Shown here one piece after another: positions 1-12,409 of a DNA stretch of 48,015 bases. Location of the stretch: positions 1 to 48,015 of the forward strand of contig ADNK01001581.1 of assembly GCA_000320545.1 (NCBI GenBank), given 5' to 3'. A program made the translations under genes and the position numbers. Position 1 is the stretch's first letter, and the number at the start of each line of letters is the position of its first letter. The stretch comes from Bigelowiella natans CCMP2755. Its lineage: Eukaryota; Protista; Cercozoa. The notes beneath the pieces are model-generated. The model saw only the letters and a program-made list of their open reading frames with translations. It was not told the DNA's origin and ran no database searches.

Positions 1-45
1 GTGTGTGTGTGTGTGTGTGTGTGTACATAAAGGCGATACGATAAG

Positions 46-251
46 GAGCTTCTAGACTCCGTTAAGCTATATGATCGCGTGAAAACCTTGAACGAAGGTG
101 CCCCGTTATGTGATGACGATGATGATGATGATCATGATGATCATGATATGTAACGAACCAATGGCGATAAACTGCGTTTAATCCTTGGTCCATTCCATTT
201 CCCCAATACATATCTCAAGAAACAAAGATATATCTATATATTAGAGGTAAG

Positions 252-286
<35 letters not shown>

Positions 287-324
287 CTCAAGAAATAAAG
301 ATATATCTATATATTAGATGTAAG

Positions 325-362
<38 letters not shown>

Positions 363-2337
363 CTGTTCCGAAACAATCAGTCTTTACTCTTCGTTCCTCC
401 ATCTCTCACCTTGCCCTCCCCCCGCCTTCAATTCACGCTATGGTGTCTGTCTGTCGCCCTTGCAGAGAAGGACGGGTCGAGGCGAGCATTGATTGCCACG
501 AACATCCTCAACGTCTTGATTGAAACGGCGGGAGACCAACTTCCGACTTCCATTCGAGATAAGATTAAGGTGCTGCTGCTTTGTGTCTTTTCCTCGTTTA
601 AAATGATAGTTTAAGGCTATTGCCATAACTCGTTACATGATGATGATGAGGAGGAGGAGGAGGGGTGGAGGGGGAGAGTGTGCTAAGCGGCTCATACTTT
701 GCTCGACTATTCTATACATCTTCAATCCTCCGGAGTGCTTACGCTGTCCTTTCATTCCGATGAACGCTAGCGGTGTTAGACTTCGCTAGTACTCACCCCA
801 TCCATCCATGGGATATCCGAGTTCGGCTGAGATCATCAGCATCAGTCTCATTCTGACTACCATCATCACCATCATCATCATCACCATCACCATCATCATC
901 ATCATCATCATCCTCTTATAGCCTTTCCCATCATCTGAAAGGCGATGATTACGGAAAACCACGCCCCCAGCTGGATCTTCGATTCGATTCTTCCTCGTCT
1001 TTGTGATAAGCTGTCTAAGGCCTACCAGAGCGCTTTTGTCAAGACCTCCGCTTATAAAGTGAGACTACTACTCAAGATGTAGTATTGCCACCCAGATTCG
1101 TAGTTGGAAACCTAGTAACACGTAGCAGTGGTAGTAGCAATAGTAGTAGTTGTTGTTGTTGTAGTAGTAGTAGTAGTAGTAATAGTAGTGGTAGAAGAAC
1201 GCTGCGTATTGAGGCCTTTCACCTGTGGGTGTGAAGGAACCCCTTGCTTTCCGCAATCTGAATGAAATCATCAAATATCTAATCACGGAGCATCTCCACA
1301 TGACGACTTTCCTCCCCCCCCTCCCCCTCCAGGTTTTTCTCCAAACAGCACGGCTGCCGAAGAACCAGCTGCAAGATCTTGCCTGGAAGCTCTCCGCTGA
1401 GTCTCACAAGGACAAGGGCATGGGGATTGGCTTTAAATTCAACGCGAAGGCGACGGTGAAGGCTGCCGCTGGAGATAGAGACGATGGCGAGGCGGAGGAT
1501 GCAAAGGTAGGAAGGAAAGTCCAATGCGCTCTTGTTCATATAGGAGGAATATTTGAGAAAGATAGCGACTCCTGGGCGAGCTCTATACCGCATCTTCGCT
1601 CTTGCACTACAGGGAGGGGGGGGGGGGGAGGGGGGAGGTGTACGTAGAACTATACGCATTGTTTTGTGCTGACTACATCTTTAGTCCAGACTAGTTTGTG
1701 TTTAATAGTCGAATCATGCTCCTTCCTCATAACCACAATCTACTACTACCACCACCACCACCATGGCCATCACGGCACCATGCTCGTCATATCTACGGTG
1801 ATTGGCCTATTTGTTATCAGAGACCGAGAGATATCGACACGAATGCTGTTCTCCAGCCATTTGCAGTGGAGAAGGACAGGAGGTTGAGCAGCAAAAGGAA
1901 AAATGATGCGGGGGGTGGGGGTGGGGTTATCTGTCGGGATTTTTCTTCAAATTCCTGGTGCTATCACGTCAAAATTATGTTAATGGTCAAATTCGTAATT
2001 GGTGTGGAGTATCATATCCGTGTCACCATCATCATCACCAACATCAGCGTCGTCACAAAGCAGCCTTCGGTTTTCTCAGTTGTTGTATATGTTGTGGTCT
2101 CCTCCCAGCCCGACGATACGGCGGTTTCAACCTGGTGATGAAGAGGCGGATATGGAGGCCCTTGATCTCGCATACAACAGCGATGAGAAGGAGGGGGGGG
2201 CAAGACAAGGACAGGGAGGGGGGGGAGAGACAGAAGATTTAGAAGGTGAAGGAGGAAAGAATGACGATGGCAATAGCGAAGAAGACAAGTCGAAGAAGAA
2301 GACCGAGATTGAGAAGAACACCTGGTATGTGGACTAG
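46..2337 (+). CDS. RGS (regulator of G-protein signalling)-domain-like protein, 5'-partial, multi-exon, acidic low-complexity C-terminus
   Basis: Phase-consistent GT-AG exons 46-97, 466-569, 942-1058, 1333-1506, 1857-1882, 2109-2337 give ELLDSVKLYDRVKTLNEEKDGSRRALIATNILNVLIETAGDQLPTSIRDKIKAMITENHAPSWIFDSILPRLCDKLSKAYQSAFVKTSAYKVFLQ...TWYVD*. The pattern A..I...I....L...IR..I......P..IFD.....L......F..S..Y resembles RGS helices 4-9. Confidence 0.62.
211..360 (+). repeat. Two-copy ~70-bp intronic tandem duplication ending in (TA)n
   Basis: tatctcaagaaa(c/t)aaagatatatctatatattaga(g/t)gtaagtataat(at)n occurs twice. Confidence 0.9.
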
Positions 2338-2453
2338 AGCGATGATACGCTTAACTAGGTTGAGAAGAAGAAGAAGAGAAAGAAGAAGAAGAAGAAGATG
2401 TAAAGACCACAATTATTCATTATATAGACGCAGCTTTTGTTTCATAAGGCTCA

Positions 2454-2493
<40 letters not shown>

Positions 2494-2949
2494 TATTTTA
2501 TACCATCCAGTAGTTTGGCCACAGCACGTCCGCTCTCTTTGACTCTTCTCTACCCTCCCCCCTCTCCCCCCCCCCCCCTTGCCCCCTTCTCCTTGCTGGG
2601 GAAACAGATCAAGATATTATCGAGCTGGGGCTATAGTAGAGGGCGGATAACAACGATGATCAAGTATTTTAATGAAAAAGTAATATTAGCCCCCCATCTC
2701 GAATATTACGCAGTGATTAGAAGCTCTAAAAGGAAGAGCCATGCTGTCACCGAATTCTCTATGCGATTCGTAAGAAACAGTGGAGGGGGGGAGAGAGGGG
2801 AGCAGGGGAAGGGAGGGGGGAATCCATCATTTAGCCAATGATATCAGTTGTTAACCATTGCACGAACGACGATTTAATTGTAAGTTAACTGATATCGTGT
2901 TTATATATCGATATTTATTACGTTAATATGTGTATGCCCAGATGCTATA

Positions 2950-3810
2950 TTTGATCATGCGCACACATATCTGCACATGTATAAGACCAGTCTAGCTAGC
3001 TAGCGCTGTACGTAGCGGTACAATCAGCACGTGATGTCTGGTGTAGATGTAGCGAGGTAGCAGCTAGCTAGCTAGGCAGGCTAGCAGGCTGGCTAGCTGG
3101 CCTGATCAGTGATAGCTAGCTAGCTAGATGGATACGCAGTCATCTCTCTGCATCTGGTTGTCATAAGCTAGATTAGCAACCGTACTAGCTAGCTAGTGTA
3201 GCTAGCTGGTAGCTAGCATTGCTAAATTGCATCTGGATCTCTAGCTAGCTAGCCTCTCTAGCTCTGCTCTAGTGCTAGCTAGCTGCCGCCTAGATTTAGA
3301 GATCTACACGTTCCACCAAGACGCGCGTCTAGCTAGCTAGTAGGACGTAACAGGTACGTAAACTAGTAAGTGCAAGCGATCTCTAGGTCTAGCGATGGAT
3401 ACAAAACTCCAGTCTCTCCCACACCTTTCCAGTATTATAGACATCGAACATGTGAAACAAACTCATGCAGGCATTGAACTAGTATATAGGCCAATTATGC
3501 GCGCATGCTAGCATGTCCCAGCAACGCATACTTTACATGATGCCAGCATCTGCCATTGGCTAGATGAGCGGGCAATGGGTGGGTGCATATAGCGTTAATT
3601 AGTTTTACATTCATTACACCACTCGCTCGCCTGAGAACCGCACACATAGCATGCTGGCAGGTGTCTAGATGTAGGTGAAAAAGGCATATGGCTCGGGATG
3701 TTTCCAGCAGCTCATGATGTTGTCCTTTCACGGCGGTCTCGGGCGCGGCTGTGGTAGACTCAAAATTCGTCCGTGCTCGATATAAGCTCTCATTGTGTTA
3801 GCATATGCTA
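2950..3810. repeat. GCTA/GCTAGC/GCATGC palindrome-dense low-complexity tract
   Basis: Dozens of ctagctagc and gcatgc words between the convergent 3' ends of the RGS and RCC1 genes. Confidence 0.8.
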
Positions 3811-3992
3811 GGTTGTCATATAGGTATTAAACTGATGAGCATCGATTGATGGCCCCTCTCATTACCCACGTTTTTCTCCCCCCCCCCCACCTCCTGGATC
3901 TTGAATAATGGCGCCGATGGTACTATCAACAGCAACCTTTCATCAGTAGCTTCTGCTGCTATTGCTGCAGTTATACTCTTATCTTTCTTCAT

Positions 3993-6900
3993 TCAGTTGG
4001 CTTTCCCAGCCTCTGCCGCTTCTTCTACTCCGTGCTGTCGGTGGAGACGGAGCGCGCACACCGCAAGCTGCTCATCCAGTGTAGATCTAGAGGCGACCGG
4101 CGAGGAGATGTTCGGGTAGTAGTTGAGGTGCGGCGGAGGACCACCGCCAAAGTGGCCGAACCGACTTCCGCTGTGCGCTGCTGGCGCGAGGTCGTAGGGG
4201 GGGGGGAGAGTGAGAAGGGCGGTACTCTCGTTGGCCTCTCTCTCGATGAAGCTGCTACTATTCATGGAGATGTTGTACTCAATGGGGCCTCCCACCTCTG
4301 CTGCATGCTGAAAGACAAAGACAACGGGTGATTGATCGCTCATTCGAAGCTCATCCCTCCCCACCCCATCTCTTTGATGACTCCCATTTATTCAAATATC
4401 ACGCATATAGCTCTCTTTCCTCTCTACCCCCCCCCCCAACCCTATCTTGTTCCTGCAAAACAGAGCCAATAAAACAAACAACTCATCGAAGATACTAAAC
4501 CTGGGAAAGGACTTCGTCGAGCGAGGAAGAAGACGACGAGGCGCTTTTCTGTGCTGCCGCCCGATTCCCTTCCCTCCCAGTGCGAGATGGATGCGACATA
4601 CGACGTGAGATCGGGAAGCGTATCGTTGAAGGACTGAACTGGCCTCCCCTAGCCAGGATCTCCGCATCGTACTTTCCTTTCCCGTCTCCCTATTATGGGG
4701 AAGGAGGGGGGGCACCCACAGCATTGGCGCATGGCGAGAGAAAGTACGTGATTCATTGAAAACATTGCCGCGGAAGATGAAAATGCTGTTTGGGATCATT
4801 GATACTGCTCATCTCCCCACCCCCCCGGCCCCCTCTCCAGAAGCACACATCGTGACTTACCCTTTGCCCTGCAATCCCCATTCCGACGCACCGAACAGCC
4901 TGCATTTGCGTCCCCACCACTGCACACGTATGAGCACTTCCAAGAGCGAGAGAGGAGACTCGAAGGCCGGGGAGAAACCGTGGGAGGGACGATGAGTCGC
5001 TGCCATGTAACGACGGCATCGTTGCGTCCTTTGCTGCCGAGGCCTTCTGGCCCTCCCCTTCGCTTCCCCAAGCTAACTTCGATTTGCCGTGCACTGCTGC
5101 TGCTGCTGCTTTAAACCCGAGCTGCTGGTAGCTGTTCCAACCCTAAAAACGGAGAACAGCACGAGTAAGTAGTCGTGTTGTGAGGGGTGAGGAGAGGGGG
5201 GGGGGGGAGAGAGAGCGAGGAGTACAGTAGACGCTTCATGTGCGAGGAAATAACGCGTCAACAATATTGACGGTAGACGCAAGAGCCGTTTCACGCGGGA
5301 CTATCAGATGCCGCCGGGTTGTTCCATGACGCTTCTTCGCGCACAAATGGCGGGGGAAGTATATCGAGTGTGCTTGCGTGGCGGTGGGTCACGGTACCCA
5401 GCATTTGTGAGTGACGTTCCCGGGGGGAGACCCACACGTGGTAGTCGCCTGCATCAGCGATTTTTATACGATGGTTGTTGTTCTCCCCGAAGCCCTTAAC
5501 TCGAACGGCACGGATCTTCATCACCCCAGCCTTCTTCGTCTATTTGGCAGGGGGAGAAGTCAACTTCAGCGTGGAAGCGAGTTGAAGAGGAGGAATGGCA
5601 TGTACAACAAGCCACTAACAATGTGCTCAGCCCCCCCCCCCCCACCCCCCATTCTTCCCCATAAGGAATCTTGGGGATTTTAAGATCGCTTGCCACCTGG
5701 AATGACGACGAGGAAGGCGACGAATCGTACGTCTCAACTACATCTGTCCCAGGGAACTCCCCGGAGTAGCTCTGCCCCCAGCAGTACCTAATCGAGAGAG
5801 CCCCCCACCCGAACGGAATCGTTAACAAAATGCTTCTAAAGCTAAAATGATGCCGCCTATGGGGCGGGAAAAGGTCTCTTACTCCACGAGTAGCATCAGA
5901 GATAAGTGAATTTTCAAAAGCCATGCCCCCCCCCCCCCCCCCTCCCCCCGCCCGTCTCCCGTCATCTCCCGTCAACTTGTGTAACGGCATCTGAATTCTT
6001 TATTCGCAGAGGCTCTCCCCGCCATTATTGTTGTTAGCATTACATCCCCCCCTCCACAAGAGCGCAAGCGAAGTATCTTCCAGCTAGCAGCTGAGTTGCA
6101 GGCCCAGGCAATGAGACGGCCAAGGGTCGCTTCAAGGACGCAAATCCTACACTTGCAGAACCGAAGCTACCAACGCACTCAACCTATCGCATGCGTGTAT
6201 AACACACGACCGCACCAACAAAACTAGAGGTTAGCTTTAAAAATGCGACTTTTACGCATCTCGAGAAACGTAATCAGCGCTCGCAAAGAAAAGACGCGGT
6301 GAGGGAGAGTAGACGCCAACCTTGCCATCCTCCCCCCGCGCACAGGTGAAGGTAGATCCAGCAACGACTTCGACCTAATAGAAGGGGGGAAGGAGGGGGG
6401 GGGGAAGAGGGGGGAAGAGGGGGAAGAAGCGGGCGAGGTCAATGTGAAATGGGGAAAATCAGACGGTTATATAGGACGGAAATCATAATTTCGCTACTCT
6501 CATATAATACAATACACACACACACGCACACACACACATATATATAAATATATACACATCTCTGTGTGTAAGAAGTGAATTTGAAAAAATACATCGCCTC
6601 CACATCCCTACCCCCCTCCCTTCACCCCCCCCCAACCATTGCCGAGATTACCGTGCTACGGTGCGAGAACTGCATCGGATTGCGCGAAAAGGACATCGGA
6701 AAAGCCTCCAGATCGTGCGGGCTAGGCGAAAACAGCCCCAGCTGCTGATGCGTATTGCATCCCCAGCATCTGACCTTTCCATCGTCCAGAATGGCGCAAG
6801 AGTGCGTTTCTCCGAGGGCTAGGAATACGGCTTTTTCCCCTCCTAAATCAACACGTCGCAGGTTGACGCCCATCTTCCAATGGAGCGAGCGCGCGGGGGG

Positions 6901-6995
6901 GGGGGGAAGGGATAAGGCGTCAATTGGATATTTTAGATAAGTTGTGGCGGATGCAGGTAAGAACTAGGTGTAGCGGAGCGCGGACCTACTTTTCT

Positions 6996-7026
<31 letters not shown>

Positions 7027-7085
7027 AATATTTTATGATGCATATGTTTATGAACCTCAGCAGCATGACACAATTGCATATGCAG

Positions 7086-7127
<42 letters not shown>

Positions 7128-7351
7128 AAAGAGCTGGATAGACAGACAGACACACATAGATAGATAGAGAGAGAAATAGAGGAAGGTGGAAGGAGGGAGA
7201 TATAACACACCTCGTCTGGATCATCTCCTACGGTTTCCGCGGTGGCCAAGCCTGTTTGGCCACACACACCCCAGCCCCAGCACTTAACACCGCCGTCCTC
7301 CAGAAGCACGCACGTGTGAGCTGCCCCAACAGCGACCTGCATCACCACGTC

Positions 7352-7392
<41 letters not shown>

Positions 7393-8478
7393 GTAGAGAA
7401 GACATGCTAACAGCGTTAAGCGCGCAACCAACACCGCGACTGTATTTCATACATAACGCTTCTAAAGCGCGTGTACCTTGATCGGCCTATCTCCTGGGCG
7501 AGTTGAAGTTCCAAGATTCACTCTCGGGATTCCTTCGTTCGTCTCCGTGGGATCTAATGGTGGCCAAACAAGAGCCATTCAAATACTGCTACTGACAAGC
7601 AAACCAAGCAGCAACACATCCTAGCCACTACAAAGACAATCGAACGGAAGCGACGTAAGACGGAGGAAACGTGCCCGCCCCCAGCGCATGCGTTTGAAGC
7701 AGCAGATAATGCATTTTGCACATCCAGCAGATAATGCATTTTGCACATCTAGGCTTCTGTGTTAATCGGCGCGGAACGATGGGTATCTCTGCACGGAAAG
7801 AGGCACTACAAGCAATGAAGTAGCTCACCGTCGCCGATGTTTTCCGAGCTCCCTGACCCCAGTTGTCCATAGAATCCCGATCCCCAGCATCGCACGCCCC
7901 CATCATGAGATAGAACGACGCACGTATGATCTTCTCCAGCGGATATCGATTCCACGGTATAGTACTTGTTCGCAGATGATGCCGTTGTTGAACCTGGAAC
8001 ATTGAAAAAGGCGACGGCGTGACGACGGCGTCAACGACACAGAATTCAAAACAGGCAATAAAGCTGCTTCCAACAAGTGCTTGCATTTCTAAGGGCGAGA
8101 AAGCAACCTCCTTTCGAAGATGTATTGTTTTTCGTCCTAAAATTCGGTTCACTAGCATCCATGGTGTCTAAAGCCGAAGAGTCCCTGGTCCAATAACCTT
8201 GCCTTCCTCCTGCAAAGAGCATGAGTAGGTGGCACTTAGGGTTTAGAGGGGGTTGGTAATATCGGTGGCCAAAAATGTCATCAACTTTCGAGTTTGGAAC
8301 AATTGGCGAAAGAGAGGTTGTCATTTCCAACGAAACCACCTGATGAGATGCCGCTTCCTGCTCTGCTTTGGGCATTATTTGAGTTGGTGTTCCAAACAGC
8401 AAGGGCTTGTTGCTGAAACAGGCCGAATACGAATAATTGCAGAATGGGTACTCGCTGCCGCGAGTACTGCAGCGGCAT
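3993..8478 (-). CDS. RCC1/BLIP-II repeat (UVR8/HERC-like beta-propeller) protein with putative N-terminal signal peptide, multi-exon
   Basis: Exons encode typical RCC1 repeats: ISAGEDHTCVVLSHDGGVRCWGSGFYGQLG (~7830-7994), VAVGAAHTCVLLEDGGVKCWGWGVCGQTG (~7211-7336), LALGETHSCAILDDGKVRCWGCNTHQQLG (~6652-6873), VVAGSTFTCARGEDGK (~6320-6375), LALGSAHTCAVV (~4900-4960). ATG at 8478 starts MPLQYSRQRVPILQLFVFGLFQQQALA. The 3' exons and the stop at 3993 are less certain. Confidence 0.85.
7700..7749. repeat. Perfect 25-bp tandem duplication in an RCC1-gene intron
   Basis: cagcagataatgcattttgcacatc x2. Confidence 0.9.
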
Positions 8479-9652
8479 CGTGCGTATAGATTTTATCCTT
8501 TTCACGAACAGAAAGGCTGGATTAGGTTAGGATTTTTGATGGATTTTTTCTAAATAATCGCGCTCACAACAGTTTTAGCCCCCCCATCCAGTTAATGAAA
8601 TACCCGCTACTAGGCTACATCATGCATGCGACCCTTCGATTGAAAAAAAAATAGTCATTCCCAAGCATTTAATAGGTATAGGTATAGGGGGGAAAATGGG
8701 ATAGAAATAAGTAACGGAGAATCAGATAGCGGAGAGAAGGCAAGGCATGGGGCAGGGATGGCCGCAAGGGCAACTACCAGAGTGCTGATTTTTGTTATTT
8801 TGTTGGAGGAATTATCAAATTATTACAACATTTAATAAAATACAATACAATTTGTACAATCGACATTCGAAAGAAGCACGAATTTCCGAGAATTTTGGTC
8901 AGTGCTCGTTAAGGAAAAGCAAAATGTGTCTGAATGATTATTTTGGATAGAGAGGGATCAGTTTGACAGTTCAGGATATTTCAACGATAGGGTGTTTCTT
9001 TTTGATCAGTTGACTTGTATAATATGCCTACATTTTTAAATAATTTTCTTACTATTAGAAACTTCTTTTCCAATTTCCATTATGTTCGTATCGTTAACAC
9101 ATTGCACATATCTGAATATTCGACCTCAAGGAATGTAATACCAAACCCGCTTCAAGCATTTTCTGCTGAAAAAATCATCTTTCGGATTTTCTTTGCCGGG
9201 ATTTAATCAGATATTTACATATTAGATTCCCTTTTTCTGATTAGTTGAAATGGAATTAATCAGTAGCAGTAGCAAAGCGGCTTGCTCTAAACAACGAGCA
9301 ATTGAGTGAGAAAATAAAACCTCGGCAGAAGGCAAAAACAGTAAACTCAACGGTCAAATCAGAAAAAGGCTACCAAAAAACGCAGGTGATCTGTCAAATG
9401 CGACACCCAACCTATGGATATCTCAGCTTCATTTGTATGTTTCCAATCCACTCTGTTTGATGAATTGCTTAACCAACTTCACGCATCAGTCGCACCGAAG
9501 AAATCCCAGCAAGTTGCCGCAAGGGATGTGCCCTTGCATTCTTTCCACATTTTAGTCACAAATGTTGCTGTCGTAGCATGAGAACAAACGAGAAAATTGG
9601 AATAATTTCAAACGCCAATAATCTCTGATTTAAAATCGTGCCTCGCCCGGTC
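8479..9652. promoter_or_regulatory. Divergent (head-to-head) intergenic region, putative bidirectional promoter
   Basis: AT-rich, microsatellite-free ~1.2 kb between the RCC1-gene ATG (-) and the PLAC8-gene ATG (+); positional inference only. Confidence 0.4.
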
Positions 9653-11209
9653 ATGGCGGACCCCCACGAGGAGTCGGAGCCTTTGATGGCCGATGGAGGA
9701 CATACAGGAGAAAGGGCGCGTACGCAAGACGCAAAGCATAGGGGCCGCCGCGTTGTATTTGCTTCAGCCCCTCCCTTGGAAGGGGAATTTGGAGACAACA
9801 ACAACAACGAGAACGTGACTGGAGAGAGCAATTCGCAGCTAGAAGCGGGATCGGTTGTGATTAGAGAGCCCCGGGAAGGACAATACGATGGTGACTGCAG
9901 GAGAATAAGAAATAGAAGAAGAAGAAGACAGGGACATATTAAAAAAAAATCTTCCGTGAACATACAGGAAAAGCGGCGTTTGGAGAAAATTTCCTACCAA
10001 TGACGCTTTATCTCTTATGTGCAGAAACACGCCGTGAGAATGAAGTCTTCGTTCGGGTGCCGTGGGACAAGAAGGTCGGGGATAGGTTCCTTATTGAAAC
10101 ATCCAATGGCGAACGGGTATTAGATAGAAATACTTGAAATGAGAGAAGCAAAACAAGAGTAGTTGTCAACTGCTATTGGCCGCCGCCCCCCCTTACGTGC
10201 TACCCCTCATCCTTTCCTCAGTTTGCAGTAACTGTTCCAGAGGGAACAGGGCCAGGGACAACTATACGCGTTGAACTGCCCATGGGCGCTAGAATAAACG
10301 CGGTAAATCTTTGAGATAATTGAGGGTTTAGCTGTTTAATCTAAATTGTTTCCATCTGTGTTATATCACCATGATCCTCACCATCCTTTAATATCTTCTT
10401 CTTTCTTCTCTTTTCGTTTCATCTACAGGTCCCCGTTTCTGAGCCATACAATCATGACCGCGATGACATCGTCAACGCGCGTAAGACAGCAATGCCAAAT
10501 AACACCTGCGGGATTAAGATAAGAAAGAAAAGCCCGATTTTTGTATGGAAGCGAGAAAGATCTACGCTGTTTTTGATGACTCACATTGCCATATATTCCA
10601 ACTCTACCATGCTTCCCTATGATATCAGCCCCACTCCGCCCCCCTCCCGGCCATTGGCGCGACGGGATTTGTGCGTGCTGCAACAACATCGTTCCTTCCT
10701 GCTGCCTCGCTTGCACATGCTGGTGAGAGCTATTAGACATCGTCTCCACAGGATCTTTGTTGGTGAACGTTTAATTTTTTGGGGGAGAGGAAATGCCACA
10801 CCGGCAAAGGAGCGCCGAAATGCTTGCGTCTCCCATGATGGACACGTGAAGGGCCCTTTAGCAAGATTCAGCGCGCCGGGTGTTTTCGCTTAAATGATGG
10901 TGTGTGTGTGTGTGTGTGTGTGTGTGTGGTTCTCCGTGGGCTAGCATCTCAAAAGCGAGGTGTTCTCGATCCATACCATTACTTCCCCACCCCTCCAGCT
11001 TCTTCCTCCTTCAACCCTATACAATCTGCTGTTTGAAACCAAAAACAACAGGTGCTTTCCATATGCGAGAATTCGGAACAAAGAGACCCTTTACCAGCCG
11101 AGCATATTAGGGTGGCCAGGTTGGTGTTCTTAGTCAGATAAATCATCACAATGCATACGCGAAAACGAGTACGGATGCAAAAACCGCGCACGCAGTCACG
11201 TGCGCGCCC

Positions 11210-11250
<41 letters not shown>

Positions 11251-12280
11251 AATATCGAGAACCGCTGATTGATTATACATTATGCTGCTTCTAGGATTTC
11301 AGTATTGGGGAAACTGGTTTTTATCTTTATGCGTTTGGATCATGATCTTAGCTGGCCATGTGTACGCTAAGCAGACGAAGGGGATTCTTCTCCTAGCAGC
11401 TGAGTAGTAGCAGCAGCAGCATGCAGCATAGATATGCCTCCACAAATGGACTCTCGAGTGTATCCTGAAAATGCTGTCTTCATGATTACTGATATATACA
11501 TTTAGATTTGTATTTTCATATCAGATAAGAATATATACATAAAATAAATAAATATATATATATATATATATATAAATATGTGTGTGTGTGTGTGTGTGTG
11601 TGTGTATACATATTTGCAAAATCGATATGTTGATATCCTTACGCTTCATCCTCTGTTTAGGCTGGTTTTCATCTCGATGGTATTTGTGACACGTAAGGAG
11701 TTTCGGCAGCAAAATAACATAACACAGCCGGAATGTAAAGACTGTTGTTGCAGTGCGGAGTGTGAAGACTGCTGCTTCTCCTTCTGGTGAGTATCTCTTG
11801 GCCATTAAATAGAAGGCATTGACGTTGATGATGATGACAGTGAGGAGGAGGAGAAGAGTTTACGATTCTGCAAGGAAATGTGCACAATCGGCATGCTCTC
11901 ATTAGCATAGGAGGAGAGGCGGTTGAGTTATTGTATAGGAATTTGCAATGCTGCATTTGCACGATTGCAATCACTTCATCTGAAACGCTAATAGAGAATG
12001 AACGTTGATACAATCCCCGCAAATCTGTATCGATTTGGACGACCAACCGTTCTGGTCGCTGATAGTTGTTTCTTTGTGTGCCATCCAGCGTCGCCAAAGC
12101 CTATCGATAACTCGCTATTTTGTTCTCATTTGGCGCTGTTTGACTTCGATAATGAGCAGGTTTGCTCCCCTCGTGCTCGCCCAAATGGATCGACATTCCT
12201 TTGGAAGGACAAGAAGCTGTGAATGCGATAGGATGGCAGAGGCACTGGGGCCACCTTTGGACTCGGAGTATGCAATCTAA
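9653..12280 (+). CDS. PLAC8-family (Cys-rich) membrane protein with N-terminal V-x-V-P-x-G type repeats, multi-exon
   Basis: ATG at 9653 (MADPHEESEP). Exons encode VFVRVPWDKKVGDRFLIETSNGER, FAVTVPEGTGPGTTIRVELP, GFQYWGNWFLSLCVWIMILAGHVY, LVFISMVFVTRKEFRQQNNITQPECKDCCCSAECEDCCFSFW (11661-11788) and FAPLVLAQMDRH...EYAI* (12160-12280). This matches the PLAC8 pattern R..R....I......DC...W.....L.Q..R. Confidence 0.75.
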
Positions 12281-12409
12281 ATAAAAGTATATTGTCATAG
12301 AATCACGACGATGTAATTAAACCACCTAAAGTTAACCATTAAAAAAAATCATCGCACAATCGAGCGCAGCTTGATGAGAACACACATCAAACAATGAACA
12401 TGGTGTATG

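Noticed and set aside
1544-1612. Extra RGS-gene exon (EEYLRKIATPGRALYRIFALALQ) with a non-canonical donor
   Set aside because: It would need a 37-nt intron and has no GT donor before the G-run; the 1506-to-1857 junction is already in phase.
2950-3400. CRISPR array, telomeric repeat or regular satellite
   Set aside because: No constant repeat-spacer period or fixed unit; eukaryotic context; only degenerate 4-6-mer palindromes.
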